Assembly: GCA_964057225.1 (NCBI GenBank)
Contig: OZ059894.1
Coordinates: 19,468,001-19,532,000, forward strand
DNA: 64,000 bases
From: Auanema rhodensis
Taxonomy: Eukaryota > Animalia > Nematoda
Reading direction: 5' to 3'
Below are positions 9,601-24,600 of this stretch, piece by piece. The stretch's first letter is position 1. Each line of letters begins with the position of its first letter. A program made the position numbers and the translations under genes. The notes below the pieces were generated by a model. The model searched no databases. It saw nothing but the letters and a program-made list of their open reading frames with translations, and was not told the origin of the DNA.

Positions 9601-12600
9601 AGCTTAAAAATTCGCATCGAATGCACTATACTACATTGAAAAACGCTTAATACAAAAATTAGTTATGATCGTTTGAAAAATGATGCATTAGTGTATGTTG
9701 AGTTTCCATGTACACTCAACATTGCTTCCAAAAACATTTTGACAAAAATTTTTTCGAAAAATTTCGAAATAATTTAGCAAAAAGTAGATGTTTTTAGATT
9801 CCATTTTTTAAGGCAAAGACGATGGACAATGTTATTCAACGAAAAAATTAATTCTTCAGGGTGAAAATCGAGGATATAAGTGTGAACATATATCAGTTGA
9901 TATCTCGGTGCATTTTTAAGCTAGCGCAAATCTGATAACACAGAACGACGCAGCTTAAAAATCCGCATCGAATGCACTATACTACATTGAGAAACGCTTA
10001 ATACAAAAATTAGTTATGATCGTTTGAAAAATGATGCATTAGTGTATGTTGAGTTTCCATGTACACTCAACATTGCTTCCAAAAACATTTTGACAAAAAT
10101 TTTTTCGAAAAATTTCAAAATAATTTAGCAAAAAGTAGATGTTTTTAGATTCCTTTTTTCAAGGCAAAGACGATGGACAATGTTATTCAACGAAAAAATT
10201 AATTCTTCAGGGTGAAAATCGAGGATATAAGTGTGAACTTATATCAGTTGATATCTCGGTGCATTTTTAAGCTAGCGCAAATCTGATAACACAGATCGAC
10301 GCAGCTTAAAAATCCGCATCGAATGCACTATACTACATTGAGAAACGCTTAATACAAAAATTAGTTATGATCGTTTGAAAAATGATGCATTAGTGTATGT
10401 TGAGTTTCCATGTACACTCAACATTGCTTCCAAAAACATTTTGACAAAAATTTTTTCGAAAAATTTCGAAATAATTTAGCAAAAAGTAGATGTTTTTAGA
10501 TTCCATTTTTCAAGGCAAAGACGATGGACAATGTTATTCAACGAAAAAATTAATTCTTCAGGGTGAAAATCGAGGATATAAGTGTGAACTTATATCAGTT
10601 GATATCTCGGTGCATTTTTAAGCTAGCGCAAATCTGATAACACAGATCGACGCAGCTTAAAAATCCGCATCGAATGCACTATACTACATTGAGAAACGCT
10701 TAATACAAAAATTAGTTATGATCGTTTGAAAAATGATGCATTAGTGTATGTTGAGTTTCCATGTACACTCAACATTGCTTCCAAAAACATTTTGACAAAA
10801 ATTTTTTCGAAAAATTTCAGAATAATTTAGCAAAAAGTAGATGTTTTTAGATTCCATTTTTCAAGGCAAAGACGATGGACAATGTTATTCAACGAAAAAA
10901 TTAATTCTTCAGGGTGAAAATCGAGGATATAAGTGTGAACTTATATCAGTTGATATCTCGGTGCATTTTTAAGCTAGCGCAAATCTGATAACACAGATCG
11001 ACGCAGCTTAAAAATCCGCATCGAATGCACTATACTACATTGAGAAACGCTTAATACAAAAATTAGTTATGATCGTTTGAAAAATGATGCGTTAGTGTAT
11101 GTTGAGTTTCCATGTACACTCAACATTGCTTCCAAAAACATTTTGACAAAAATTTTTTCGAAAAATTTCAAAATAATTTAGCAAAAAGTAGATGTTTTTA
11201 GATTCCATTTTTTAAGGCAAAGACGATGGACAATGTTATTCAACGAAAAAATTAATTCTTCAGGGTGAAAATCGAGGATATAAGTGTGAACTTATATCAG
11301 TTGATATCTCGGTGCATTTTTAAGCTAGCGCAAATCTGATAACACAGAACGACGCAGCTTAAAAATCCGCATCGAATGCACTATACTACATTGAGAAACG
11401 CTTAATACAAAAATTAGTTATGATCGTTTGAAAAATGATGCATTAGTGTATGTTGAGTTTCCATGTACACTCAACATTGCTTCCAAAAACATTTTGACAA
11501 AAATTTTTTCGAAAAATTTCAAAATAATTTAGCAAAAAGTAGATGTTTTTAGATTCCTTTTTTCAAGGCAAAGACGATGGACAATGTTATTCAACGAAAA
11601 AATTAATTCTTCAGGGTGAAAATCGAGGATATAAGTGTGAACTTATATCAGTTGATATCTCGGTGCATTTTTAAGCTAGCGCAAATCTGATAACACAGAA
11701 CGACGCAGCTTAAAAATTCGCATCGAATGCACTATACTACATTGAAAAACGCTTAATACAAAAATTAGTTATGATCGTTTGAAAAATGATGCATTAGTGT
11801 ATGTTGAGTTTCCATGTACACTCAACATTGCTTCCAAAAACATTTTGACAAAAATTTTTTCGAAAAATTTCAAAATAATTTAGCAAAAAGTAGATGTTTT
11901 TAGATTCCATTTTTTAAGGCAAAGACGATGGACAATGTTATTCAACGAAAAAATTAATTCTTCAGGGTGAAAATCGAGGATATAAGTGTGAACTTATATC
12001 AGTTGATATCTCGGTGCATTTTTAAGCTAGCGCAAATCTGATAACACAGAACGACGCAGCTTAAAAATCCGCATCGAATGCACTATACTACATTGAGAAA
12101 CGCTTAATACAAAAATTAGTTATGATCGTTTGAAAAATGATGCATTAGTGTATGTTGAGTTTCCATGTACACTCAACATTGCTTCCAAAAACATTTTGAC
12201 AAAAATTTTTTCGAAAAATTTCAAAATAATTTAGCAAAAAGTAGATGTTTTTAGATTCCTTTTTTCAAGGCAAAGACGATGGACAATGTTATTCAACGAA
12301 AAAATTAATTCTTCAGGGTGAAAATCGAGGATATAAGTGTGAACTTATATCAGTTGATATCTCGGTGCATTTTTAAGCTAGCGCAAATCTGATAACACAG
12401 ATCGACGCAGCTTAAAAATCCGCATCGAATGCACTATACTACATTGAGAAACGCTTAATACAAAAATTAGTTATGATCGTTTGAAAAATGATGCATTAGT
12501 GTATGTTGAGTTTCCATGTACACTCAACATTGCTTCCAAAAACATTTTGACAAAAATTTTTTCGAAAAATTTCGAAATAATTTAGCAAAAAGTAGATGTT

Positions 12601-15600
12601 TTTAGATTCCATTTTTCAAGGCAAAGACGATGGACAATGTTATTCAACGAAAAAATTAATTCTTCAGGGTGAAAATCGAGGATATAAGTGTGAACTTATA
12701 TCAGTTGATATCTCGGTGCATTTTTAAGCTAGCGCAAATCTGATAACACAGAACGACGCAGCTTAAAAATTCGCATCGAATGCACTATACTACATTGAAA
12801 AACGCTTAATACAAAAATTAGTTATGATCGTTTGAAAAATGATGCATTAGTGTATGTTGAGTTTCCATGTACACTCAACATTGCTTCCAAAAACATTTTG
12901 ACAAAAATTTTTTCGAAAAATTTCAAAATAATTTAGCAAAAAGTAGATGTTTTTAGATTCCTTTTTTCAAGGCAAAGACGATGGACAATGTTATTCAACG
13001 AAAAAATTAATTCTTCAGGGTGAAAATCGAGGATATAAGTGTGAACTTATATCAGTTGATATCTCGGTGCATTTTTAAGCTAGCGCAAATCTGATAACAC
13101 AGATCGACGCAGCTTAAAAATCCGCATCGAATGCACTATACTACATTGAGAAACGCTTAATACAAAAATTAGTTATGATCGTTTGAAAAATGATGCATTA
13201 GTGTATGTTGAGTTTCCATGTACACTCAACATTGCTTCCAAAAACATTTTGACAAAAATTTTTTCGAAAAATTTCGAAATAATTTAGCAAAAAGTAGATG
13301 TTTTTAGATTCCATTTTTCAAGGCAAAGACGATGGACAATGTTATTCAACGAAAAAATTAATTCTTCAGGGTGAAAATCGAGGATATAAGTGTGAACTTA
13401 TATCAGTTGATATCTCGGTGCATTTTTAAGCTAGCGCAAATCTGATAACACAGATCGACGCAGCTTAAAAATCCGCATCGAATGCACTATACTACATTGA
13501 GAAACGCTTAATACAAAAATTAGTTATGATCGTTTGAAAAATGATGCATTAGTGTATGTTGAGTTTCCATGTACACTCAACATTGCTTCCAAAAACATTT
13601 TGACAAAAATTTTTTCGAAAAATTTCGAAATAATTTAGCAAAAAGTAGATGTTTTTAGATTCCATTTTTCAAGGCAAAGACGATGGACAATGTTATTCAA
13701 CGAAAAAATTAATTCTTCAGGGTGAAAATCGAGGATATAAGTGTGAACTTATATCAGTTGATATCTCGGTGCATTTTTAAGCTAGCGCAAATCTGATAAC
13801 ACAGATCGACGCAGCTTAAAAATCCGCATCGAATGCACTATACTACATTGAGAAACGCTTAATACAAAAATTAGTTATGATCGTTTGAAAAATGATGCAT
13901 TAGTGTATGTTGAGTTTCCATGTACACTCAACATTGCTTCCAAAAACATTTTGACAAAAATTTTTTCGAAAAATTTCAAAATAATTTAGCAAAAAGTAGA
14001 TGTTTTTAGATTCCTTTTTTCAAGGCAAAGACGATGGACAATGTTATTCAACGAAAAAATTAATTCTTCAGGGTGAAAATCGAGGATATAAGTGTGAACT
14101 TATATCAGTTGATATCTCGGTGCATTTTTAAGCTAGCGCAAATCTGATAACACAGATCGACGCAGCTTAAAAATCCGCATCGAATGCACTATACTACATT
14201 GAGAAACGCTTAATACAAAAATTAGTTATGATCGTTTGAAAAATGATGCATTAGTGTATGTTGAGTTTCCATGTACACTCAACATTGCTTCCAAAAACAT
14301 TTTGACAAAAATTTTTTCGAAAAATTTCGAAATAATTTAGCAAAAAGTAGATGTTTTTAGATTCCATTTTTCAAGGCAAAGACGATGGACAATGTTATTC
14401 AACGAAAAAATTAATTCTTCAGGGTGAAAATCGAGGATATAAGTGTGAACTTATATCAGTTGATATCTCGGTGCATTTTTAAGCTAGCGCAAATCTGATA
14501 ACACAGATCGACGCAGCTTAAAAATCCGCATCGAATGCACTATACTACATTGAGAAACGCTTAATACAAAAATTAGTTATGATCGTTTGAAAAATGATGC
14601 ATTAGTGTATGTTGAGTTTCCATGTACACTCAACATTGCTTCCAAAAACATTTTGACAAAAATTTTTTCGAAAAATTTCAGAATAATTTAGCAAAAAGTA
14701 GATGTTTTTAGATTCCATTTTTCAAGGCAAAGACGATGGACAATGTTATTCAACGAAAAAATTAATTCTTCAGGGTGAAAATCGAGGATATAAGTGTGAA
14801 CTTATATCAGTTGATATCTCGGTGCATTTTTAAGCTAGCGCAAATCTGATAACACAGATCGACGCAGCTTAAAAATCCGCATCGAATGCACACTACTACA
14901 TTGAGAAACGCTTAATACAAAAATTAGTTATGATCGTTTGAAAAATGATGCGTTAGTGTATGTTGAGTTTCCATGTACACTCAACATTGCTTCCAAAAAC
15001 ATTTTGACAAAAATTTTTTCGAAAAATTTCAAAATAATTTAGCAAAAAGTAGATGTTTTTAGATTCCATTTTTTAAGGCAAAGACGATGGACAATGTTAT
15101 TCAACGAAAAAATTAATTCTTCAGGGTGAAAATCGAGGATATAAGTGTGAACTTATATCAGTTGATATCTCGGTGCATTTTTAAGCTAGCGCAAATCTGA
15201 TAACACAGAACGACGCAGCTTAAAAATCCGCATCGAATGCACTATACTACATTGAGAAACGCTTAATACAAAAATTAGTTATGATCGTTTGAAAAATGAT
15301 GCATTAGTGTATGTTGAGTTTCCATGTACACTCAACATTGCTTCCAAAAACATTTTGACAAAAATTTTTTCGAAAAATTTCGAAATAATTTAGCAAAAAG
15401 TAGATGTTTTTAGATTCCATTTTTCAAGGCAAAGACGATGGACAATGTTATTCAACGAAAAAATTAATTCTTCAGGGTGAAAATCGAGGATATAAGTGTG
15501 AACTTATATCAGTTGATATCTCGGTGCATTTTTAAGCTAGCGCAAATCTGATAACACAGAACGACGCAGCTTAAAAATTCGCATCGAATGCACTATACTA

Positions 15601-18600
15601 CATTGAAAAACGCTTAATACAAAAATTAGTTATGATCGTTTGAAAAATGATGCATTAGTGTATGTTGAGTTTCCATGTACACTCAACATTGCTTCCAAAA
15701 ACATTTTGACAAAAATTTTTTCGAAAAATTTCAAAATAATTTAGCAAAAAGTAGATGTTTTTAGATTCCTTTTTTCAAGGCAAAGACGATGGACAATGTT
15801 ATTCAACGAAAAAATTAATTCTTCAGGGTGAAAATCGAGGATATAAGTGTGAACTTATATCAGTTGATATCTCGGTGCATTTTTAAGCTAGCGCAAATCT
15901 GATAACACAGATCGACGCAGCTTAAAAATCCGCATCGAATGCACTATACTACATTGAGAAACGCTTAATACAAAAATTAGTTATGATCGTTTGAAAAATG
16001 ATGCATTAGTGTATGTTGAGTTTCCATGTACACTCAACATTGCTTCCAAAAACATTTTGACAAAAATTTTTTCGAAAAATTTCGAAATAATTTAGCAAAA
16101 AGTAGATGTTTTTAGATTCCATTTTTCAAGGCAAAGACGATGGACAATGTTATTCAACGAAAAAATTAATTCTTCAGGGTGAAAATCGAGGATATAAGTG
16201 TGAACTTATATCAGTTGATATCTCGGTGCATTTTTAAGCTAGCGCAAATCTGATAACACAGATCGACGCAGCTTAAAAATCCGCATCGAATGCACTATAC
16301 TACATTGAGAAACGCTTAATACAAAAATTAGTTATGATCGTTTGAAAAATGATGCATTAGTGTATGTTGAGTTTCCATGTACACTCAACATTGCTTCCAA
16401 AAACATTTTGACAAAAATTTTTTCGAAAAATTTCAAAATAATTTAGCAAAAAGTAGATGTTTTTAGATTCCTTTTTTCAAGGCAAAGACGATGGACAATG
16501 TTATTCAACGAAAAAATTAATTCTTCAGGGTGAAAATCGAGGATATAAGTGTGAACTTATATCAGTTGATATCTCGGTGCATTTTTAAGCTAGCGCAAAT
16601 CTGATAACACAGATCGACGCAGCTTAAAAATCCGCATCGAATGCACTATACTACATTGAGAAACGCTTAATACAAAAATTAGTTATGATCGTTTGAAAAA
16701 TGATGCATTAGTGTATGTTGAGTTTCCATGTACACTCAACATTGCTTCCAAAAACATTTTGACAAAAATTTTTTCGAAAAATTTCGAAATAATTTAGCAA
16801 AAAGTAGATGTTTTTAGATTCCATTTTTCAAGGCAAAGACGATGGACAATGTTATTCAACGAAAAAATTAATTCTTCAGGGTGAAAATCGAGGATATAAG
16901 TGTGAACTTATATCAGTTGATATCTCGGTGCATTTTTAAGCTAGCGCAAATCTGATAACACAGATCGACGCAGCTTAAAAATCCGCATCGAATGCACACT
17001 ACTACATTGAGAAACGCTTAATACAAAAATTAGTTATGATCGTTTGAAAAATGATGCGTTAGTGTATGTTGAGTTTCCATGTACACTCAACATTGCTTCC
17101 AAAAACATTTTGACAAAAATTTTTTCGAAAAATTTCAAAATAATTTAGCAAAAAGTAGATGTTTTTAGATTCCATTTTTTAAGGCAAAGACGATGGACAA
17201 TGTTATTCAACGAAAAAATTAATTCTTCAGGGTGAAAATCGAGGATATAAGTGTGAACTTATATCAGTTGATATCTCGGTGCATTTTTAAGCTAGCGCAA
17301 ATCTGATAACACAGAACGACGCAGCTTAAAAATCCGCATCGAATGCACTATACTACATTGAGAAACGCTTAATACAAAAATTAGTTATGATCGTTTGAAA
17401 AATGATGCATTAGTGTATGTTGAGTTTCCATGTACACTCAACATTGCTTCCAAAAACATTTTGACAAAAATTTTTTCGAAAAATTTCAAAATAATTTACT
17501 AAAAAGTAGATGTTTTTAGATTCCTTTTTTCAAGGCAAAGACGATGGACAATGTTATTCAACGAAAAAATTAATTCTTCAGGGTGAAAATCGAGGATATA
17601 AGTGTGAACTTATATCAGTTGATATCTCGGTGCATTTTTAAGCTAGCGCAAATCTGATAACACAGATCGACGCAGCTTAAAAATCCGCATCGAATGCACT
17701 ATACTACATTGAGAAACGCTTAATACAAAAATTAGTTATGATCGTTTGAAAAATGATGCATTAGTGTATGTTGAGTTTCCATGTACACTCAACATTGCTT
17801 CCAAAAACATTTTGACAAAAATTTTTTCGAAAAATTTCAGAATAATTTAGCAAAAAGTAGATGTTTTTAGATTCCATTTTTCAAGGCAAAGACGATGGAC
17901 AATGTTATTCAACGAAAAAATTAATTCTTCAGGGTGAAAATCGAGGATATAAGTGTGAACTTATATCAGTTGATATCTCGGTGCATTTTTAAGCTAGCGC
18001 AAATCTGATAACACAGATCGACGCAGCTTAAAAATCCGCATCGAATGCACTATACTACATTGAGAAACGCTTAATACAAAAATTAGTTATGATCGTTTGA
18101 AAAATGATGCGTTAGTGTATGTTGAGTTTCCATGTACACTCAACATTGCTTCCAAAAACATTTTGACAAAACTTTTTTCGAAAAATTTCAAAATAATTTA
18201 GCAAAAAGTAGATGTTTTTAGATTCCATTTTTTAAGGCAAAGACGATGGACAATGTTATTCAACGAAAAAATTAATTCTTCAGGGTGAAAATCGAGGATA
18301 TAAGTGTGAACTTATATCAGTTGATATCTCGGTGCATTTTTAAGCTAGCGCAAATCTGATAACACAGAACGACGCAGCTTAAAAATCCGCATCGAATGCA
18401 CTATACTACATTGAGAAACGCTTAATACAAAAATTAGTTATGATCGTTTGAAAAATGATGCATTAGTGTATGTTGAGTTTCCATGTACACTCAACATTGC
18501 TTCCAAAAACATTTTGACAAAAATTTTTTCGAAAAATTTCAAAATAATTTAGCAAAAAGTAGATGTTTTTAGATTCCTTTTTTCAAGGCAAAGACGATGG

Positions 18601-21600
18601 ACAATGTTATTCAACGAAAAAATTAATTCTTCAGGGTGAAAATCGAGGATATAAGTGTGAACTTATATCAGTTGATATCTCGGTGCATTTTTAAGCTAGC
18701 GCAAATCTGATAACACAGAACGACGCAGCTTAAAAATTCGCATCGAATGCACTATACTACATTGAAAAACGCTTAATACAAAAATTAGTTATGATCGTTT
18801 GAAAAATGATGCATTAGTGTATGTTGAGTTTCCATGTACACTCAACATTGCTTCCAAAAACATTTTGACAAAAATTTTTTCGAAAAATTTCAAAATAATT
18901 TAGCAAAAAGTAGATGTTTTTAGATTCCTTTTTTCAAGGCAAAGACGATGGACAATGTTATTCAACGAAAAAATTAATTCTTCAGGGTGAAAATCGAGGA
19001 TATAAGTGTGAACTTATATCAGTTGAGATCTCGGTGCATTTTTAAGCTAGCGCAAATCTGATAACACAGAACGACGCAGCTTAAAAATTCGCATCGAATG
19101 CACTATACTACATTGAGAAACGCTTAATACAAAAATTAGTTATGATCGTTTGAAAAATGATGCATTAGTGTATGTTGAGTTTCCATGTACACTCAACATT
19201 GCTTCCAAAAACATTTTGACAAAAATTTTTTCGAAAAATTTCAAAATAATTTAGCAAAAAGTAGATGTTTTTAGATTCCTTTTTTCAAGGCAAAGACGAT
19301 GGACAATGTTATTCAACGAAAAAATTGATTCTTCAGGGTGAAAATCGAGGATATAAGTGTGAACTTATATCAGTTGATATCTCGGTGCATTTTTAAGCTA
19401 GCGCAAATCTGATAACACAGATCGACGCAGCTTAAAAATCCGCATCGAATGCACTATACTACATTGAGAAACGCGTAATACAAAAATTAGTTATGATCGT
19501 TTGAAAAATGATGCGTTAGTGTATGTTGAGTTTCCATGTACACTCAACATTGCTTCCAAAAACATTTTGACAAAACTTTTTTCGAAAAATTTCAAAATAA
19601 TTTAGCAAAAAGTAGATGTTTTTAGATTCCATTTTTTAAGGCAAAGACGATGGACAATGTTATTCAACGAAAAAATTAATTCTTCAGGGTGAAAATCGAG
19701 GATATAAGTGTGAACTTATATCAGTTGATATCTCGGTGCATTTTTAAGCTAGCGCAAATCTGATAACACAGAACGACGCAGCTTAAAAATCCGCATCGAA
19801 TGCACTATACTACATTGAGAAACGCTTAATACAAAAATTAGTTATGATCGTTTGAAAAATGATGCATTAGTGTATGTTGAGTTTCCATGTACACTCAACA
19901 TTGCTTCCAAAAACATTTTGACAAAAATTTTTTCGAAAAATTTCAAAATAATTTAGCAAAAAGTAGATGTTTTTAGATTCCTTTTTTCAAGGCAAAGACG
20001 ATGGACAATGTTATTCAACGAAAAAATTAATTCTTCAGGGTGAAAATCGAGGATATAAGTGTGAACTTATATCAGTTGATATCTCGGTGCATTTTTAAGC
20101 TAGCGCAAATCTGATAACACAGAACGACGCAGCTTAAAAATTCGCATCGAATGCACTATACTACATTGAAAAACGCTTAATACAAAAATTAGTTATGATC
20201 GTTTGAAAAATGATGCATTAGTGTATGTTGAGTTTCCATGTACACTCAACATTGCTTCCAAAAACATTTTGACAAAAATTTTTTCGAAAAATTTCGAAAT
20301 AATTTAGCAAAGAGTAGATGTTTTTAGATTCCATTTTTCGAGCCAAAGACGATGGACAATGTTATTCAACGAAAAAATTAATTCTTCAGGGTGAAAATCG
20401 AGGATATAAGTGTGAACTTATATCAGTTGATATCTCGGTGCATTTTTAAGCTAGCGCAAATCTGATAACACAGATCGACGCAGCTTAAAAATCCGCATCG
20501 AATGCACTATACTACATTGAGAAACGCTTAATACAAAAATTAGTTATGATCGTTTGAAAAATGATGCATTAGTGTATGTTGAGTTTCCATGTACACTCAA
20601 CATTGCTTCCAAAAACATTTTGACAAAAATTTTTTCGAAAAATTTCAGAATAATTTAGCAAAAAGTAGATGTTTTTAGATTCCATTTTTCAAGGCAAAGA
20701 CGATGGACAATGTTATTCAACGAAAAAATTAATTCTTCAGGGTGAAAATCGAGGATATAAGTGTGAACTTATATCAGTTGATATCTCGGTGCATTTTTAA
20801 GCTAGCGCAAATCTGATAACACAGATCGACGCAGCTTAAAAATTCGCATCGAATGCACTATACTACATTGAGAAACGCTTAATACAAAAATTAGTTATGA
20901 TCGTTTGAAAAATGATGCATTAGTGTATGTTGAGTTTCCATGTACACTCAACATTGCTTCCAAAAACATTTTGACAAAAATTTTTTCGAAAAATTTCAGA
21001 ATAATTTAGCAAAAAGTAGATGTTTTTAGATTCCATTTTTCAAGGCAAAGACGATGGACAATGTTATTCAACGAAAAAATTAATTCTTCAGGGTGAAAAT
21101 CGAGGATATAAGTGTGAACTTATATCAGTTGATATCTCGGTGCATTTTTAAGCTAGCGCAAATCTGATAACACAGATCGACGCAGCTTAAAAATCCGCAT
21201 CGAATGCACTATACTACATTGAAAAACGCTTAATACAAAAATTAGTTATGATCGTTTGAAAAATGATGCGTTAGTGTATGTTGAGTTTCCATGTACACTC
21301 AACATTGCTTCCAAAAACATTTTGACAAAAATTTTTTCGAAAAATTTCAGAATAATTTAGCAAAAAGTAGATGTTTTTAGATTCCATTTTTCAAGGCAAA
21401 GACGATGGACAATGTTATTCAACGAAAAAATTAATTCTTCAGGGTGAAAATCGAGGATATAAGTGTGAACTTATATCAGTTGATATCTCGGTGCATTTTT
21501 AAGCTAGCGCAAATCTGATAACACAGATCGACGCAGCTTAAAAATCCGCATCGAATGCACTATACTACATTGAGAAACGCTTAATACAAAAATTAGTTAT

Positions 21601-24600
21601 GATCGTTTGAAAAATGATGCATTAGTGTATGTTGAGTTTCCATGTACACTCAACATTGCTTCCAAAAACATTTTGACAAAAATTTTTTCGAAAAATTTCA
21701 GAATAATTTAGCAAAAAGTAGATGTTTTTAGATTCCATTTTTCAAGGCAAAGACGATGGACAATGTTATTCAACGAAAAAATTAATTCTTCAGGGTGAAA
21801 ATCGAGGATATAAGTGTGAACTTATATCAGTTGATATCTCGGTGCATTTTTAAGCTAGCGCAAATCTGATAACACAGATCGACGCAGCTTAAAAATCCGC
21901 ATCGAATGCACACTACTACATTGAGAAACGCTTAATACAAAAATTAGTTATGATCGTTTGAAAAATGATGCGTTAGTGTATGTTGAGTTTCCATGTACAC
22001 TCAACATTGCTTCCAAAAACATTTTGACAAAAATTTTTTCGAAAAATTTCAAAATAATTTAGCAAAAAGTAGATGTTTTTAGATTCCATTTTTTAAGGCA
22101 AAGACGATGGACAATGTTATTCAACGAAAAAATTAATTCTTCAGGGTGAAAATCGAGGATATAAGTGTGAACTTATATCAGTTGATATCTCGGTGCATTT
22201 TTAAGCTAGCGCAAATCTGATAACACAGAACGACGCAGCTTAAAAATCCGCATTGAATGCACTATACTACATTGAGAAACGCTTAATACAAAAATTAGTT
22301 ATGATCGTTTGAAAAATGATGCATTAGTGTATGTTGAGTTTCCATGTACACTCAACATTGCTTCCAAAAACATTTTGACAAAAATTTTTTCGAAAAATTT
22401 CAAAATAATTTAGCAAAAAGTAGATGTTTTTAGATTCCTTTTTTCAAGGCAAAGACGATGGACAATGTTATTCAACGAAAAAATTAATTCTTCAGGGTGA
22501 AAATCGAGGATATAAGTGTGAACTTATATCAGTTGATATCTCGGTGCATTTTTAAGCTAGCGCAAATCTGATAACACAGAACGACGCAGCTTAAAAATTC
22601 GCATCGAATGCACTATACTACATTGAAAAACGCTTAATACAAAAATTAGTTATGATCGTTTGAAAAATGATGCATTAGTGTATGTTGAGTTTCCATGTAC
22701 ACTCAACATTGCTTCCAAAAACATTTTGACAAAAATTTTTTCGAAAAATTTCGAAATAATTTAGCAAAGAGTAGATGTTTTTAGATTCCATTTTTCGAGC
22801 CAAAGACGATGGACAATGTTATTCAACAAAGAAATTAATTCTTCAGGGTGAAAATCGAGGATATAAGTGTGAACTTATATCAGTTGATATCTCGGTGCAT
22901 TTTTAAGCTAGCGCAAATCTGATAACACAGATCGACGCAGCTTAAAAATCCGCATCGAATGCACTATACTACATTGAGAAACGCTTAATACAAAAATTAG
23001 TTATGATCGTTTGAAAAATGATGCATTAGTGTATGTTGAGTTTCCATGTACACTCAACATTGCTTCCAAAAACATTTTGACAAAAATTTTTTCGAAAAAT
23101 TTCAGAATAATTTAGCAAAAAGTAGATGTTTTTAGATTCCATTTTTCAAGGCAAAGACGATGGACAATGTTATTCAACGAAAAAATTAATTCTTCAGGGT
23201 GAAAATCGAGGATATAAGTGTGAACTTATATCAGTTGATATCTCGGTGCATTTTTAAGCTAGCGCAAATCTGATAACACAGATCGACGCAGCTTAAAAAT
23301 CCGCATCGAATGCACTATACTACATTGAGAAACGCTTAATACAAAAATTAGTTATGATCGTTTGAAAAATGATGCGTTAGTGTATGTTGAGTTTCCATGT
23401 ACACTCAACATTGCTTCCAAAAACATTTTGACAAAACTTTTTTCGAAAAATTTCAAAATAATTTAGCAAAAAGTAGATGTTTTTAGATTCCATTTTTTAA
23501 GGCAAAGACGATGGACAATGTTATTCAACGAAAAAATTAATTCTTCAGGGTGAAAATCGAGGATATAAGTGTGAACTTATATCAGTTGATATCTCGGTGC
23601 ATTTTTAAGCTAGCGCAAATCTGATAACACAGAACGACGCAGCTTAAAAATCCGCATCGAATGCACTATACTACATTGAGAAACGCTTAATACAAAAATT
23701 AGTTATGATCGTTTGAAAAATGATGCGTTAGTGTATGTTGAGTTTCCATGTACACTCAACATTGCTTCCAAAAACATTTTGACAAAACTTTTTTCGAAAA
23801 ATTTCAAAATAATTTAGCAAAAAGTAGATGTTTTTAGATTCCATTTTTTAAGGCAAAGACGATGGACAATGTTATTCAACGAAAAAATTAATTCTTCAGG
23901 GTGAAAATCGAGGATATAAGTGTGAACTTATATCAGTTGATATCTCGGTGCATTTTTAAGCTAGCGCAAATCTGATAACACAGAACGACGCAGCTTAAAA
24001 ATCCGCATCGAATGCACTATACTACATTGAGAAACGCTTAATACAAAAATTAGTTATGATCGTTTGAAAAATGATGCATTAGTGTATGTTGAGTTTCCAT
24101 GTACACTCAACATTGCTTCCAAAAACATTTTGACAAAAATTTTTTCGAAAAATTTCAAAATAATTTAGCAAAAAGTAGATGTTTTTAGATTCCTTTTTTC
24201 AAGGCAAAGACGATGGACAATGTTATTCAACGAAAAAATTAATTCTTCAGGGTGAAAATCGAGGATATAAGTGTGAACTTATATCAGTTGATATCTCGGT
24301 GCATTTTTAAGCTAGCGCAAATCTGATAACACAGAACGACGCAGCTTAAAAATTCGCATCGAATGCACTATACTACATTGAAAAACGCTTAATACAAAAA
24401 TTAGTTATGATCGTTTGAAAAATGATGCATTAGTGTATGTTGAGTTTCCATGTACACTCAACATTGCTTCCAAAAACATTTTGACAAAAATTTTTTCGAA
24501 AAATTTCAAAATAATTTAGCAAAAAGTAGATGTTTTTAGATTCCTTTTTTCAAGGCAAAGACGATGGACAATGTTATTCAACGAAAAAATTAATTCTTCA

